Assembly (NCBI GenBank): GCA_035687325.1
Contig: DASRXV010000081.1
Location: 14,546 to 78,545 of the forward strand
Direction of reading: 5' to 3'
Source of the DNA: Holophagaceae bacterium
GTDB taxonomy: Bacteria; Acidobacteriota; Holophagae; Holophagales; Holophagaceae
Length of the DNA stretch: 64,000 bases
The notes beneath the pieces are model-generated. The model made no database searches, was not told where the DNA came from, and saw only the letters and a program-made list of their open reading frames with translations. This document shows, one piece after another, positions 15,782-24,707 of this stretch (positions are counted from its first letter, which is position 1; each line of letters opens with the position of its first letter). The position numbers and the translations under genes were made by a program.

Positions 15782-17110
15782 ATGCCGCAGTGGAGCATTG
15801 TGATGGGCGCCGGCGCGTCGGGCCGGGCCGCGGCCCGCTGGCTGGCGGCGCAGGGCGGGGAAGTCATCCTCACGGACCAAGGCGCGGCCCCGGCGGACGC
15901 GGAGATCCTGGCCGCGGCGGGCATCCAAGGCGTCTGGGGCAGTCACCCGCTTTCGTTGCTGGACGGCTGCGAGCGGCTCATCCTCAGCCCCGGCATCCCC
16001 CGCGCCACGCCCTTCGTGGCGGAAGCCCTCGCCCGCGGCATCGAGGTCATCGGCGAGGTGGAATTGGCCCATCGCGCCCTGCGGGCCAGGGACGACGGCT
16101 CGAAGGTCCTCGCCATCACGGGCACCAACGGGAAGAGCACGACGACGGACCTGCTGGCGCACCTGCTGGGCGCAGCGGAGATCCCCACCGCCGCCTGCGG
16201 CAACCTCGGCGTGCCTTTCCTGGAAGCTGTCGAGCGCGCGGCGCCTGGCACGGCCTTCGCGCTGGAGCTGAGCAGCTACCAGCTGGAATCGGTCGACAGC
16301 TTCCGGGCAGAGGGCGCGGCCTTCCTCAATCTCACACCGGACCACCTGGCCCGTTACGGAGACCTGGAGACCTATCGCCGCGCCAAACTGCGCATTTTCG
16401 GGGGGCAGGGCGTGGAGGATCTGCGCGTGCTGCCCGCCGCCCATCCCGAACTGGTGAAGGACGCACCTGGGGAGGGGCGCATGGCGCGCTTCGGCTGGAC
16501 CGAGTCCGAGGCCTGGTGCGACGGGACGGGTCTGCTGCATCTCAATGGTGAAGCGCTCCTCCACCGCGACGAGCTGAAGATCCCCGGCGGCCACAATGTG
16601 GAGAACGCCCTCGCCGCCGCGCTGCTGGCGAGCCACGGCGGCGCTCCATTGGAGGCTATCCGCGAAGGCCTGCGCACCTATCCGGGCCTCGCCCACCGCA
16701 TCGCTTTCTGCGGCGAAAAGGGCGGCGTGCGCTGCTTCAACGATTCCAAGGGCACCAATGTAGACGCCACCCTTATCGCCGTCCGCGCGCTGCCGGGTCC
16801 GCTGGTGCTGCTCCTGGGCGGCACCGACAAGGGCGCCAGCTATAGGCCCCTGCGCGAAACTCTGGAAGGCAAGCTGCGCACCCTGGTCTTCCTCGGTGAT
16901 GCCATCCCACAACTGGAACGCGACCTCGGTGATCTGCCCCACGAGACCATCTGGGGTTTCGACGACGCCGTTCTGGGCGCCTTCGAGTTGGCCGAGCCCG
17001 GCGACCAGATCCTCCTCAGCCCCGCCTGTGCCAGCTTCGATCAGTTCAGGAACTTCGAGGAGCGCGGCAGGCGCTTCGAGGCGCTGGTCGCGGACTGGGA
17101 GAAAAGCTAG
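15782..17110 (+). CDS. murD: UDP-N-acetylmuramoylalanine--D-glutamate ligase
   Basis: 442 aa. N-terminal Rossmann segment GAGASGRAAARWL and P-loop ITGTNGKSTTT. Confidence 0.9.
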   Translation: MPQWSIVMGAGASGRAAARWLAAQGGEVILTDQGAAPADAEILAAAGIQGVWGSHPLSLLDGCERLILSPGIPRATPFVAEALARGIEVIGEVELAHRALRARDDGSKVLAITGTNGKSTTTDLLAHLLGAAEIPTAACGNLGVPFLEAVERAAPGTAFALELSSYQLESVDSFRAEGAAFLNLTPDHLARYGDLETYRRAKLRIFGGQGVEDLRVLPAAHPELVKDAPGEGRMARFGWTESEAWCDGTGLLHLNGEALLHRDELKIPGGHNVENALAAALLASHGGAPLEAIREGLRTYPGLAHRIAFCGEKGGVRCFNDSKGTNVDATLIAVRALPGPLVLLLGGTDKGASYRPLRETLEGKLRTLVFLGDAIPQLERDLGDLPHETIWGFDDAVLGAFELAEPGDQILLSPACASFDQFRNFEERGRRFEALVADWEKS

Positions 17111-17164
17111 CTCGCCACGAAGGACACTGAGAAGAACTCCGTGCCCTCTGTGGTGAGTTGATTC

Positions 17165-17410
17165 CTACAGTCCGAATTTCTCGACCAACCCGTCAATCTG
17201 CTTCGCCAGGGCGTGATCCTTCTCCGTCACGCCGCCGGCGTCGTGGGTCGTGAGCCTGATGCGGACATAACCCCAGCCCAGTTCGAGATCAGGGTGATGA
17301 TTGGCGGCTTCGGCGACGGGCGTGATGGCCTCCACGATGCGGAAGCTCGTCATGAAGTCCTTGGTCTTGACCTCGCGAAGCAGGGCCTTGTCCTTCTCGA
17401 TCCATGTCAT
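17165..17410 (-). CDS. phhB: 4a-hydroxytetrahydrobiopterin (pterin-4-alpha-carbinolamine) dehydratase
   Basis: 81 aa. The AANHHPDLELGWGYVRIRLTTHDAGG core is the PCD signature. Confidence 0.9.
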   Translation of the reverse strand: MTWIEKDKALLREVKTKDFMTSFRIVEAITPVAEAANHHPDLELGWGYVRIRLTTHDAGGVTEKDHALAKQIDGLVEKFGL

Positions 17411-17462
17411 GTGTGGACCTCCGTCTTTTCCAGGCTACCGGAGGACGATGATCCCTGTCCGT

Positions 17463-18686
17463 TCAAGCGCTTTGACGGGAGCCGGCCGCCGGCAGCCGGA
17501 AACCGGCCAGGATGCCCGCGCCCAGCGTCAGCGCGGCCACGGCGCCGATGGCGGGGGAGAGGCCCAACAGATCCGCGAGCACGCCAGCAAGCAATGCGCC
17601 CACGGCGTAGCCCGCGTCCCGCCACAAACGGTACACGCCCACCGCGCCCGGGCGCCAGCTGGGGTGGGCGCCGTCCCCGACACCCGCGAGCAGGGCGGGG
17701 TAGACCATGGCGGTGCCCAGGCCAAGAGCCGCGTTGGCGAAGGCGTAGCCGCGGAGGCTCGACACCCATGGGATCGCCGCCAGCGCGAGGCCCTGCATCG
17801 TCATGCCCCAGGCGATGAGGGGCTTGCGGCCCCAGTGGTCGGAGAGCCAACCCGTGCCCAGCTGAGCGATCGCCCACACCGCCGGATAGAGCCCCGCCAG
17901 CAAACCGATGTGCGCGAGGTCCATGCCCCGGGTGGCGTAGATCAAGGGGAAGAGCCCCCAGGCCACGCCATCGTTCAGGTTGTTCACCATGCCGACCCAG
18001 GAGAGCGTGGAGAGCTGGCGGTCGCGGAAGCTGGTGCGGAGGAAGACCTCTTTGGCGGAGAGCGTCTCTGTGCCGCCTCTCGCCTCCGCGACCGCGTGAG
18101 ACTCCGTCTCGCGGACGAAGAAGCAGGAAAGGGCGAGGCCGCTCAGCGCTACGGCCAGGCCCAACTGGACCAGCGTGCTCCGAAGGCCCCAGAAAGGCGC
18201 CAACAGACCCGAGCCCCAGGCGGCCAGAGCCACGGCGCCGTAGCCCGCGAACTCATTGAGACCCATGGCCAGGCCGCGCCGCTTCGGCCCCGCCAGATCA
18301 ATCTTCATGATCACGCAGGTGGACCAGGCGAGGCCCTGGTTGAGGCCGAGGAAGACATTCGCCACCACCACCCAGCCCCAGGAGGGCGCGAGCCAGAGGA
18401 TGAGGGGCACCGGCAAGGCCGCGAGCCAGCCCCAGATCAACACGCGTTTCCTCCCGCCGTTCAGACTCCATCGCCCGGCGAAATAATTGGCTGCGGCCTT
18501 GGAAAGGCCGAAGGCCGCGATGAACGAGAGGATGGCGGTGCGGGCCGCCAGATGGAACTCCCGCTCGGCCATCAGCGGCAGCAGGGTGCGCTCAAGACCC
18601 ACCATGGCGCCCACGAAGGCGTTCACGAGGACCAGGAGCGAGAACTGGGCCGCGTTGGCCCGCAGGCCCAGGCGGGGCTGTGTCAT
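17463..18686 (-). CDS. MFS transporter
   Basis: 407 aa with about 12 predicted hydrophobic helices and MFS loop motifs (GRWSLNGGRKR, DHWGRKP). Confidence 0.85.
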   Translation of the reverse strand: MTQPRLGLRANAAQFSLLVLVNAFVGAMVGLERTLLPLMAEREFHLAARTAILSFIAAFGLSKAAANYFAGRWSLNGGRKRVLIWGWLAALPVPLILWLAPSWGWVVVANVFLGLNQGLAWSTCVIMKIDLAGPKRRGLAMGLNEFAGYGAVALAAWGSGLLAPFWGLRSTLVQLGLAVALSGLALSCFFVRETESHAVAEARGGTETLSAKEVFLRTSFRDRQLSTLSWVGMVNNLNDGVAWGLFPLIYATRGMDLAHIGLLAGLYPAVWAIAQLGTGWLSDHWGRKPLIAWGMTMQGLALAAIPWVSSLRGYAFANAALGLGTAMVYPALLAGVGDGAHPSWRPGAVGVYRLWRDAGYAVGALLAGVLADLLGLSPAIGAVAALTLGAGILAGFRLPAAGSRQSA

Positions 18687-18689
18687 CGG

Positions 18690-19745
18690 CTAGCGTTCGA
18701 CGGGGAAGCTGAGACTGTTCCAGCGGCCCATGCCGCCGGTCAACGATCGGACATCCGTGAAACCCGCATCGAGCAGGATCGTCGTGGCCTGGTTGGAGCG
18801 GCCGCCGGCTTTGCAGTTGGTGACCACGGGCTGGTTCCGGAAGGGCTCCAACTCCGCCAGCCGCGCGGGCAACTCGCCGAGAGGGATCAGGCGCGCGCCT
18901 TCGATGTGGCCGAGAGGCCCCGTGAATTCATCAGGCTGGCGCACATCGATGAGCAGGGCGATACCGGCGGCGGACCGGAATTCCTCGCAGGTGATCTGGG
19001 GCACGGCCGCGCTGCCCGCGCCCACTTCGCAGACGGCGCCTTCGGCGGGGATTGCCACGCTTCGCGGATCGCGGGTGCAGGCCAGGTTCGCCTTCAGCAC
19101 CTCGTTCATCCAGTCGGCGGGGGCCAGCCGCAGGTCCCTGAGCCACGCGATGTAGGCTTCGCGGGAGCGCGGCTGCAGGCGGGGATTGGCGCGGCGCTGT
19201 TCGGCCAATGTGGAATGGCTGCGCTGGTGGTAGTCGTGGCCGGGGAAGACGAGCAGGTCACCGGATAGGGCCTCCAGCTTCCGCAGCGAGTCCCAGTGGT
19301 CGCCCGGATCGCCGCCAGGCAGATCCGTGCGGCCCGCGCCGCCTTCGCCGAGGAAGAGGAAATCGCCGGTGAGGATGCGGTCGGGGAGCCGCAGCGTGAG
19401 GCTGTCCTGCGTGTGGCCGGGCGTGTGGAGGAAGCCTATCCGGAGATCGCCCAACTCCAGGTCCTGGCGCTCCTCCACGCGAAGGTTGCCTTCCGACACC
19501 TTGGAGCTGCGGTGCATCACATGGTCTGCGCCCGTGCGGTCCCTCAGCGCGGCCGCGCCCGAGAGATGGTCCGCGTGCACATGGGTGTCCACGACATAGC
19601 GCAGCTTCAGGCCGAGATCCTTGATGACCCCCAGATAGTGGTCCTCGCGGCCAAGCAAAGGATCCACTACCGCCGCTTCGCCCGTGGGCTCGGAGGCCAC
19701 CAGGTAGGTCTTGCACGCGATGTCATTGAGCTGGCGGAAGAGCAT
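18690..19745 (-). CDS. MBL-fold hydrolase fused to rhodanese (persulfide dioxygenase/sulfurtransferase-like)
   Basis: 352 aa from ATG 19745. DTHVHADH metal motif. C-terminal rhodanese domain with active-site loop NCKAGGRS. Confidence 0.85.
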   Translation of the reverse strand: MLFRQLNDIACKTYLVASEPTGEAAVVDPLLGREDHYLGVIKDLGLKLRYVVDTHVHADHLSGAAALRDRTGADHVMHRSSKVSEGNLRVEERQDLELGDLRIGFLHTPGHTQDSLTLRLPDRILTGDFLFLGEGGAGRTDLPGGDPGDHWDSLRKLEALSGDLLVFPGHDYHQRSHSTLAEQRRANPRLQPRSREAYIAWLRDLRLAPADWMNEVLKANLACTRDPRSVAIPAEGAVCEVGAGSAAVPQITCEEFRSAAGIALLIDVRQPDEFTGPLGHIEGARLIPLGELPARLAELEPFRNQPVVTNCKAGGRSNQATTILLDAGFTDVRSLTGGMGRWNSLSFPVER

Positions 19746-19765
19746 GGCATGCCTCCGCCTCCATC

Positions 19766-21235
19766 TTAGGCGTGGGCGGGCATCCGCAGTTCGTCGAGTT
19801 CGGCCTTCAGCAGCCACTCGTCCGGATGCCGGGCGGCTGCCTCGGAGATCCGCGCGAGGACGGCGGGGTCGGGACGGCCGGATTCGCGTTGGCCGCGGAG
19901 TTCCGTGTAGAGCGCGGCCATGTCTGGCGCAAGCGCCTGGGCCTTGGCGGCGCGGGCGCGGGCCTCGGCATCGCCCGCCGCGAATGTGTTGAGCTCGCCG
20001 AAGGCCTGGTCCCAGGCTTCGGGATCCGCAGGGCCTCCTGCGACAGAGGGAAGGGCGAGGCTGGTGAAGACGAGACCGCTGGCTGGGCAATGGGCCGCGT
20101 GCGAGGAGGGATCGCCGAACAGGACTACCGCGTCGTCCGCCACCGGCGCGCTCAGAGCCTCGCCGTTCTTCGAGACCTGTATGGGCCCTTTGAGATGCGC
20201 GGCCACAGTCCTCAGGCCGGGAGCATGCTCTCCATCAAGCGTGTCCAGCTTGGTGACGATGCCCGTGATCTCGGTGCCGTCAGACAGAACGAGATGGTTC
20301 AAGGTGCGCGATTCCAGCGCCTGCTGGAGGCCGAAGTCGCCGCCGCGCTTCCAGGCCAGCGTGGCTTCGAACTGGTCCAGGACTTCAAACAGATGGTCGA
20401 CGTCCCGCGCCACGAAGAGCTGGGGCTGCATGGTGGTGATGTCGTACTCGGTGTCCACACAGGCCAGTGAGAGCGGCAGCTTCTTCACGGCGTCAGTGAG
20501 GCAGTGCTCGGCCTCGCCGATGGAGCTGAGGATCCCGGCCCCGTAGATCTTGGGCGCGGCAAGGTCGCCGATGAGGCCGTATTCCGCCGTCCACCAGTAG
20601 AGGCGGCTGGCGCGCGTGTTCTCGCTGGTATGCCGCTTCGCCGCGCCTGCGGACGCGAGCCGCTCTTCCGCGTGCTTCACATCTCCCACGGTCGCGGTGG
20701 GGTCTTCCTTGACCACACTGAGGTTGCGGATGGCCTCGAAGACTTCCTGGTCCTCCAAACTGGCGATGGCCTTGAAACCCACCTGCCCGCAGCGCCGAAC
20801 ATACTCCGCGTAGCGCGCGTTGGCGAGGATGGGCGCGTGCCCGGCGCTCTCGTGGACGATGTCCGGCGCGGGCGTGTAGGCGATGTGGCTGTGGTCGCGG
20901 ATGTCCTCGGCGATGGCCAGCACCTTCATGGTCTGGAGTTCGGTGAAGACGGCGGGCGGGAGAAAGCCCCGCACGGCCACCGCGCACCAGCCGATGGCTT
21001 CCAGCTTCTCGTTCATCTCGTCCAGGCTGGGGATGCGGTCGAGCCCGATGCCCGTGGCGGCGAGGCCTTCGAGGTAGACGGGATGGGCCCGGTCCTTCAG
21101 ATGCCCCGTGAGACGGCGGAGGATATGGCGCCAGACGGCCTGATCCCGGGGCGTGTACGCATCGTAGTCCTGAGCCACCACGAAACGGCGGAGGTGGCCG
21201 GGGAGCTTGGCGATGGCGCGTTCGGTGGGGGTCAT
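19766..21235 (-). CDS. aromatic amino acid hydroxylase family protein (phenylalanine-4-hydroxylase-like) with a ~200-aa C-terminal extension
   Basis: Iron ligand region PDIVHESAGHAPIL and YWWTAEYGLIG (2-His-1-carboxylate). ATG 21235 has an upstream GAGG; GTG 21262 is an alternative start. Confidence 0.8.
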   Translation of the reverse strand: MTPTERAIAKLPGHLRRFVVAQDYDAYTPRDQAVWRHILRRLTGHLKDRAHPVYLEGLAATGIGLDRIPSLDEMNEKLEAIGWCAVAVRGFLPPAVFTELQTMKVLAIAEDIRDHSHIAYTPAPDIVHESAGHAPILANARYAEYVRRCGQVGFKAIASLEDQEVFEAIRNLSVVKEDPTATVGDVKHAEERLASAGAAKRHTSENTRASRLYWWTAEYGLIGDLAAPKIYGAGILSSIGEAEHCLTDAVKKLPLSLACVDTEYDITTMQPQLFVARDVDHLFEVLDQFEATLAWKRGGDFGLQQALESRTLNHLVLSDGTEITGIVTKLDTLDGEHAPGLRTVAAHLKGPIQVSKNGEALSAPVADDAVVLFGDPSSHAAHCPASGLVFTSLALPSVAGGPADPEAWDQAFGELNTFAAGDAEARARAAKAQALAPDMAALYTELRGQRESGRPDPAVLARISEAAARHPDEWLLKAELDELRMPAHA

Positions 21236-21308
21236 GGCTGCCTCGTTCTTAATGTAGGCCACCCGTAGTCTTGACGGAATTCCAAAAATACCGGGTTGAG
21301 TCGTCGGA

Positions 21309-22214
21309 TTAACGACGAGTCTTTAACCGCCTGGCGAGCCCTTTGAATGTCTCTTCCGCCTCGTGGGAGGCACCATCGGCGGGGAAGAGGGCCACGACTT
21401 CCACAGCCTGGGGTTCCGGCTCCACCAGGGACGCCACACGGAGATCCTTGGGGAAGGCTCCGAGCCGCCGCAGGTCAGGCGCGATAGCGCAGGCCTTGTA
21501 CGCCCGAAGCACCGCGAAGAGGTGGAGGAAGCTCTCCACCCGCGCCACCTCGCGCACCTGGACCTCCGCAGCCGCGAAGCGCGCGCTGTTGGCGCCGCCG
21601 TAAGGATCGTCGCGCATCCAGTCCACGAAAGGCGCGCCCGCGAGATCCTTGACCCGGAGACGCACCTTCTCCGGCAGAGGCGCCTCCGGCGAGGCCAGCA
21701 CCACGAAGGGCAGGCGGAGCAGGGTGCGGTTCTCCACGCCGCGATGGGGCGGCAGCGGCGTGAAGCCCAACGCGAGGTCCAATTGCCGCGTCTGGATCTG
21801 GCGGATGAGCTCGAAGGCGCCGCCGAAGCTGGCCTCCAGTTTGATGTTCCGCATGGCGAGCCCTTCCGCCAGCGGCGCCAGCAGGAAGTCCGAGAGCGTG
21901 GGGTTGAGGCCCAGTCGCAGGCTCGGTTCTGGCGAAGCCAGGTCCCGCAGGCGCCGTAGATTGAGCTGGTGCAGCGGCCCTTCCGCGGCCTCGTAAAGCC
22001 GTTCGCCCCGGGGCGTGAGGCGCAGGCGCCGCCCCGCGGCCCGTTCCAGCAGGGGCTCCGCGCCTCCCAGCGCGTCCTCCAGCGCCTTGAGATGCTCGCT
22101 CACCACGGATCGCGCCACGCTCAGGTGCTGAGCCGCGCCCTCCAGCGAGCCCGTCTCCACTGCTGCCACGAAGGCCTCGAGCCAGGTGAGATGACGGGGG
22201 ATCTTGCGGGTCAT
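21309..22214 (-). CDS. LysR family transcriptional regulator
   Basis: N-terminal wHTH (LTWLEAFVAAVETGSLEGAAQHLSVARSVVSEHLKALE) plus a LysR substrate-binding domain. ATG 22214 with AGAGG upstream; the ORF track's 22232 is a TTG. Confidence 0.9.
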   Translation of the reverse strand: MTRKIPRHLTWLEAFVAAVETGSLEGAAQHLSVARSVVSEHLKALEDALGGAEPLLERAAGRRLRLTPRGERLYEAAEGPLHQLNLRRLRDLASPEPSLRLGLNPTLSDFLLAPLAEGLAMRNIKLEASFGGAFELIRQIQTRQLDLALGFTPLPPHRGVENRTLLRLPFVVLASPEAPLPEKVRLRVKDLAGAPFVDWMRDDPYGGANSARFAAAEVQVREVARVESFLHLFAVLRAYKACAIAPDLRRLGAFPKDLRVASLVEPEPQAVEVVALFPADGASHEAEETFKGLARRLKTRR

Positions 22215-22331
22215 GCCTCTGTTGAACCGCAAAGGCGTGAAGGACGCAAAGGAAATCGTCCGTCATGGATGCGGGCGTCTTGGTCCACCAGGCCTGCACG
22301 CTGCACTTCGGGCTCCTGGAATACTCGTGGC

Positions 22332-23078
22332 ATGGGCCTTCTGCACCTGCGACCTGAGGACTATCTTGCCATGCCGTGGAAGGACGGCGGCGGCGTCACG
22401 GAGCAGATCGCCATCGAGCCCCCGGACGCCACGCTCGCGAGCGGCTTCCTGTGGCGCCTGAGCATGGCGCGGGTGGAGCGGTCAGGACCCTTTTCCCGCT
22501 TCGAAGGCTATGACCGCACCCTGTTGCTGGTCGAGGGCGACGGGCTTGACCTCGATTTCGGCGCCCACGGCAGGGTCCTTGTCGAGGGCCCCCTGCGGCC
22601 TGTCGCCTTCAGCGGTGATTGGGACGCGCATGCGACGCTCACTGGCGGGCCCGTGCGCGACCTCGGCGTCACCAGCGACCGTGCCCGTGTGCGCCAGGAA
22701 GTCCGCGTGCTGGGTCTGGGCGCGGCGCCTGTCTCCATCCCGCCCGCGGAGACCGTCTGGATCATCGCGCTGACGGGCCGCTGCGTCTTGGCGCCATGGG
22801 GGCTCGAGTTGGGGCCTCTCGAGGCCGCGCGGCTGGATCGCGAAGCGGTCGAAGCGAGGGGCCTGTCCCCGGACGCGCAATGCCTCCTTGTGCGGTTCTC
22901 CGAGCTAGCCCTCCTCGGGCGCAAGCGGCGGTATGGGCGCAGAATAGGCCCATGCCCTCCTCCACCGACCATCCGCTCTGGACACCTTTCCGCGATCTGC
23001 GCGCCGCCGGGCGCCGCGTCATGGGGGGGCGCGAGGTCTTCATCGCCGAAGGCCGCATCCTCGTGGAGGACTTGCTAG
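22332..23078 (+). CDS. HutD-family protein (DUF886); the 3' end is doubtful
   Basis: The first ~190 aa (LRPEDYLAMPWKDGGGVTEQIAI...SMARVERSGPFSRFEGYDRTLLLVEG) are HutD-like. The last ~55 codons are Arg/Pro/Ser-rich and overlap the next gene. Confidence 0.6.
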   Translation: MGLLHLRPEDYLAMPWKDGGGVTEQIAIEPPDATLASGFLWRLSMARVERSGPFSRFEGYDRTLLLVEGDGLDLDFGAHGRVLVEGPLRPVAFSGDWDAHATLTGGPVRDLGVTSDRARVRQEVRVLGLGAAPVSIPPAETVWIIALTGRCVLAPWGLELGPLEAARLDREAVEARGLSPDAQCLLVRFSELALLGRKRRYGRRIGPCPPPPTIRSGHLSAICAPPGAASWGGARSSSPKAASSWRTC

Positions 23079-23743
23079 CGGCGGGCCGGGCGGGACGGAT
23101 GGTGGTCCACTCCGTGGCCACCACGCCGGCTCTGTCTGAGCAACTCCGTTCCCAATTGCCGTCCAGCGCGGTGCTCCTGGTGGCGCCGGAGGACGAGCTC
23201 CACGCCATCGCCGGTTTTCCCTTCCATCGCGGCGTCCTGGCCTGCGCCGAAGTCCCCGACCAGGCGCCGGAGGACGACCTCCTCGTCTGTGATCGCCTGC
23301 TCGTGCTGCCACGCCTGGATGACGCCGAGAACCTGGGTCTCCTCCTGCGCAGCGCCGCGGCCCTGGGCATGGACGGCGTGTTGCTGGGCAAGGGGCCCGA
23401 CCTCTGGAGCCGGCGCACGCTGCGCGTCTCCATGGGCGCCGCGTGGCGCCTGCCCGCCTGGCGCATGGATGATCCCTCGGACCTGCTCACGCGCTGGCAA
23501 CAGAAAGGCGGCGAGATCGTGGGCGCAGCCCTGGGCCCTGGCAGCGAAGTGGCCCACAGCTGGATCCCGTCCCACCGCTGCGCGCTTGTGCTGGGCCCCG
23601 AAGGCGCTGGACTCGACCCCGCCTGGCTCCTCCGCTGCGACCGCCGCGTCGTTATCCCCATGGCCAACGCCGTGGACAGCCTCAATGTTGCCGCCGCCGG
23701 GGCGATCCTCATGTTCCAGATGACGGGGCACCGGGAGGGGTAG
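22952..23743 (+). CDS. TrmH/SpoU family RNA 2'-O-methyltransferase
   Basis: 263 aa. SpoU motifs NLGLLLRSAAALG, LVLGPEGAGL, IPMANAVDSLNVAAAGAILMF. Confidence 0.8.
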   Translation: MPSSTDHPLWTPFRDLRAAGRRVMGGREVFIAEGRILVEDLLAAGRAGRMVVHSVATTPALSEQLRSQLPSSAVLLVAPEDELHAIAGFPFHRGVLACAEVPDQAPEDDLLVCDRLLVLPRLDDAENLGLLLRSAAALGMDGVLLGKGPDLWSRRTLRVSMGAAWRLPAWRMDDPSDLLTRWQQKGGEIVGAALGPGSEVAHSWIPSHRCALVLGPEGAGLDPAWLLRCDRRVVIPMANAVDSLNVAAAGAILMFQMTGHREG

Positions 23744-23750
23744 GGCGAAT

Positions 23751-23821
23751 CAACAGGGATGCACAGGATTGACAGGATGCGAGGGTCTTTCTCATCCTGA
23801 ACATCCTGCCCATCCCTGTTG
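23751..23821. terminator. long imperfect hairpin between convergent genes (candidate bidirectional terminator)
   Basis: CAACAGGGATG(23751-61) pairs with CATCCCTGTTG(23811-21). Inner stems CAGGAT/ATCCTG and CAGGATG/CATCCTG give about 24 bp with two symmetric internal loops and a 13-nt apical loop. Confidence 0.55.
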
Positions 23822-23827
23822 AGTTTC

Positions 23828-24538
23828 TTACCGCGTCACCCACAGTGCGAATTGCATCCAGGCGTGGGTGCTGGCGAGCATCAGGCGCAGGGGGCAGGAG
23901 GCGATGATGAGCAGGGCGCCCCATCCGAAGGCCGGATGGAGGCGGCGGGACTTCCAGGTGTCATAGGCCACGAAGGCCACGACGACGAGATCCGCCAGGC
24001 CGAAGAACATGAGGAGTCCGCCGTTGTGGATGAAGGCCAGGGGGATCCGCGCGACGGCGGCTGGGAGGATGCCCAGGGTCCCCAGCATCATGAGCCTCCG
24101 GTGGGTTTCGCGGCGAGCCCGCAGAGCGAGCCCCAGCCCAACCAGGATGGTGAAGAGGAGCATGTCGGCCAGGGGAACGACGAGGAAAATGAGGGGGGGC
24201 GGCCCGGGGCTATGGCCCAGGCGGGCGGCGGCGATCGCGGTGGTGACGCCGACCACAACGAGAGTCACAGCCAGGAACGCCCCGAAGATGCCGAGGCGCT
24301 TATGGAGCTGGATCTTCCGCGAGGCCACGAGCCAGGTCTGCACGATGAATAGCGCGAACCAGGCCGTCATTACGAGGCCATGCAGATGCACCAGCGGAGT
24401 CAGACCCGGCGTTCCGAACACGGCCTTCATGTAATAGGTCTTCGCGAACCCTGCGAAGACGAGGAGGATCGCCAGCGCCGCGCCGGAAAAATAGAAGAGG
24501 CGGTTGCGGGTGTGGATCGTGCCCTGTTCGGTGGCCAT
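23828..24538 (-). CDS. polytopic membrane protein, unknown function
   Basis: 236 aa from ATG 24538 with about 6 hydrophobic helices. No motif recognised. Confidence 0.6.
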   Translation of the reverse strand: MATEQGTIHTRNRLFYFSGAALAILLVFAGFAKTYYMKAVFGTPGLTPLVHLHGLVMTAWFALFIVQTWLVASRKIQLHKRLGIFGAFLAVTLVVVGVTTAIAAARLGHSPGPPPLIFLVVPLADMLLFTILVGLGLALRARRETHRRLMMLGTLGILPAAVARIPLAFIHNGGLLMFFGLADLVVVAFVAYDTWKSRRLHPAFGWGALLIIASCPLRLMLASTHAWMQFALWVTR

Positions 24539-24707
24539 GAAGGCTCCTTGGCGCGTGCGACGCGCTGTGGCTGGAATCGCTGATGGTCGGGTTGATGGCG
24601 CCGTCAGTCTAATCCCATCCAGAGCCATGCTGTGCCGATTTTTTAAATGCGGTCACCACGTTCCATATTAATTAAACAAACAGGTTAAAGCGATGTCATG
24701 CGGGGTG

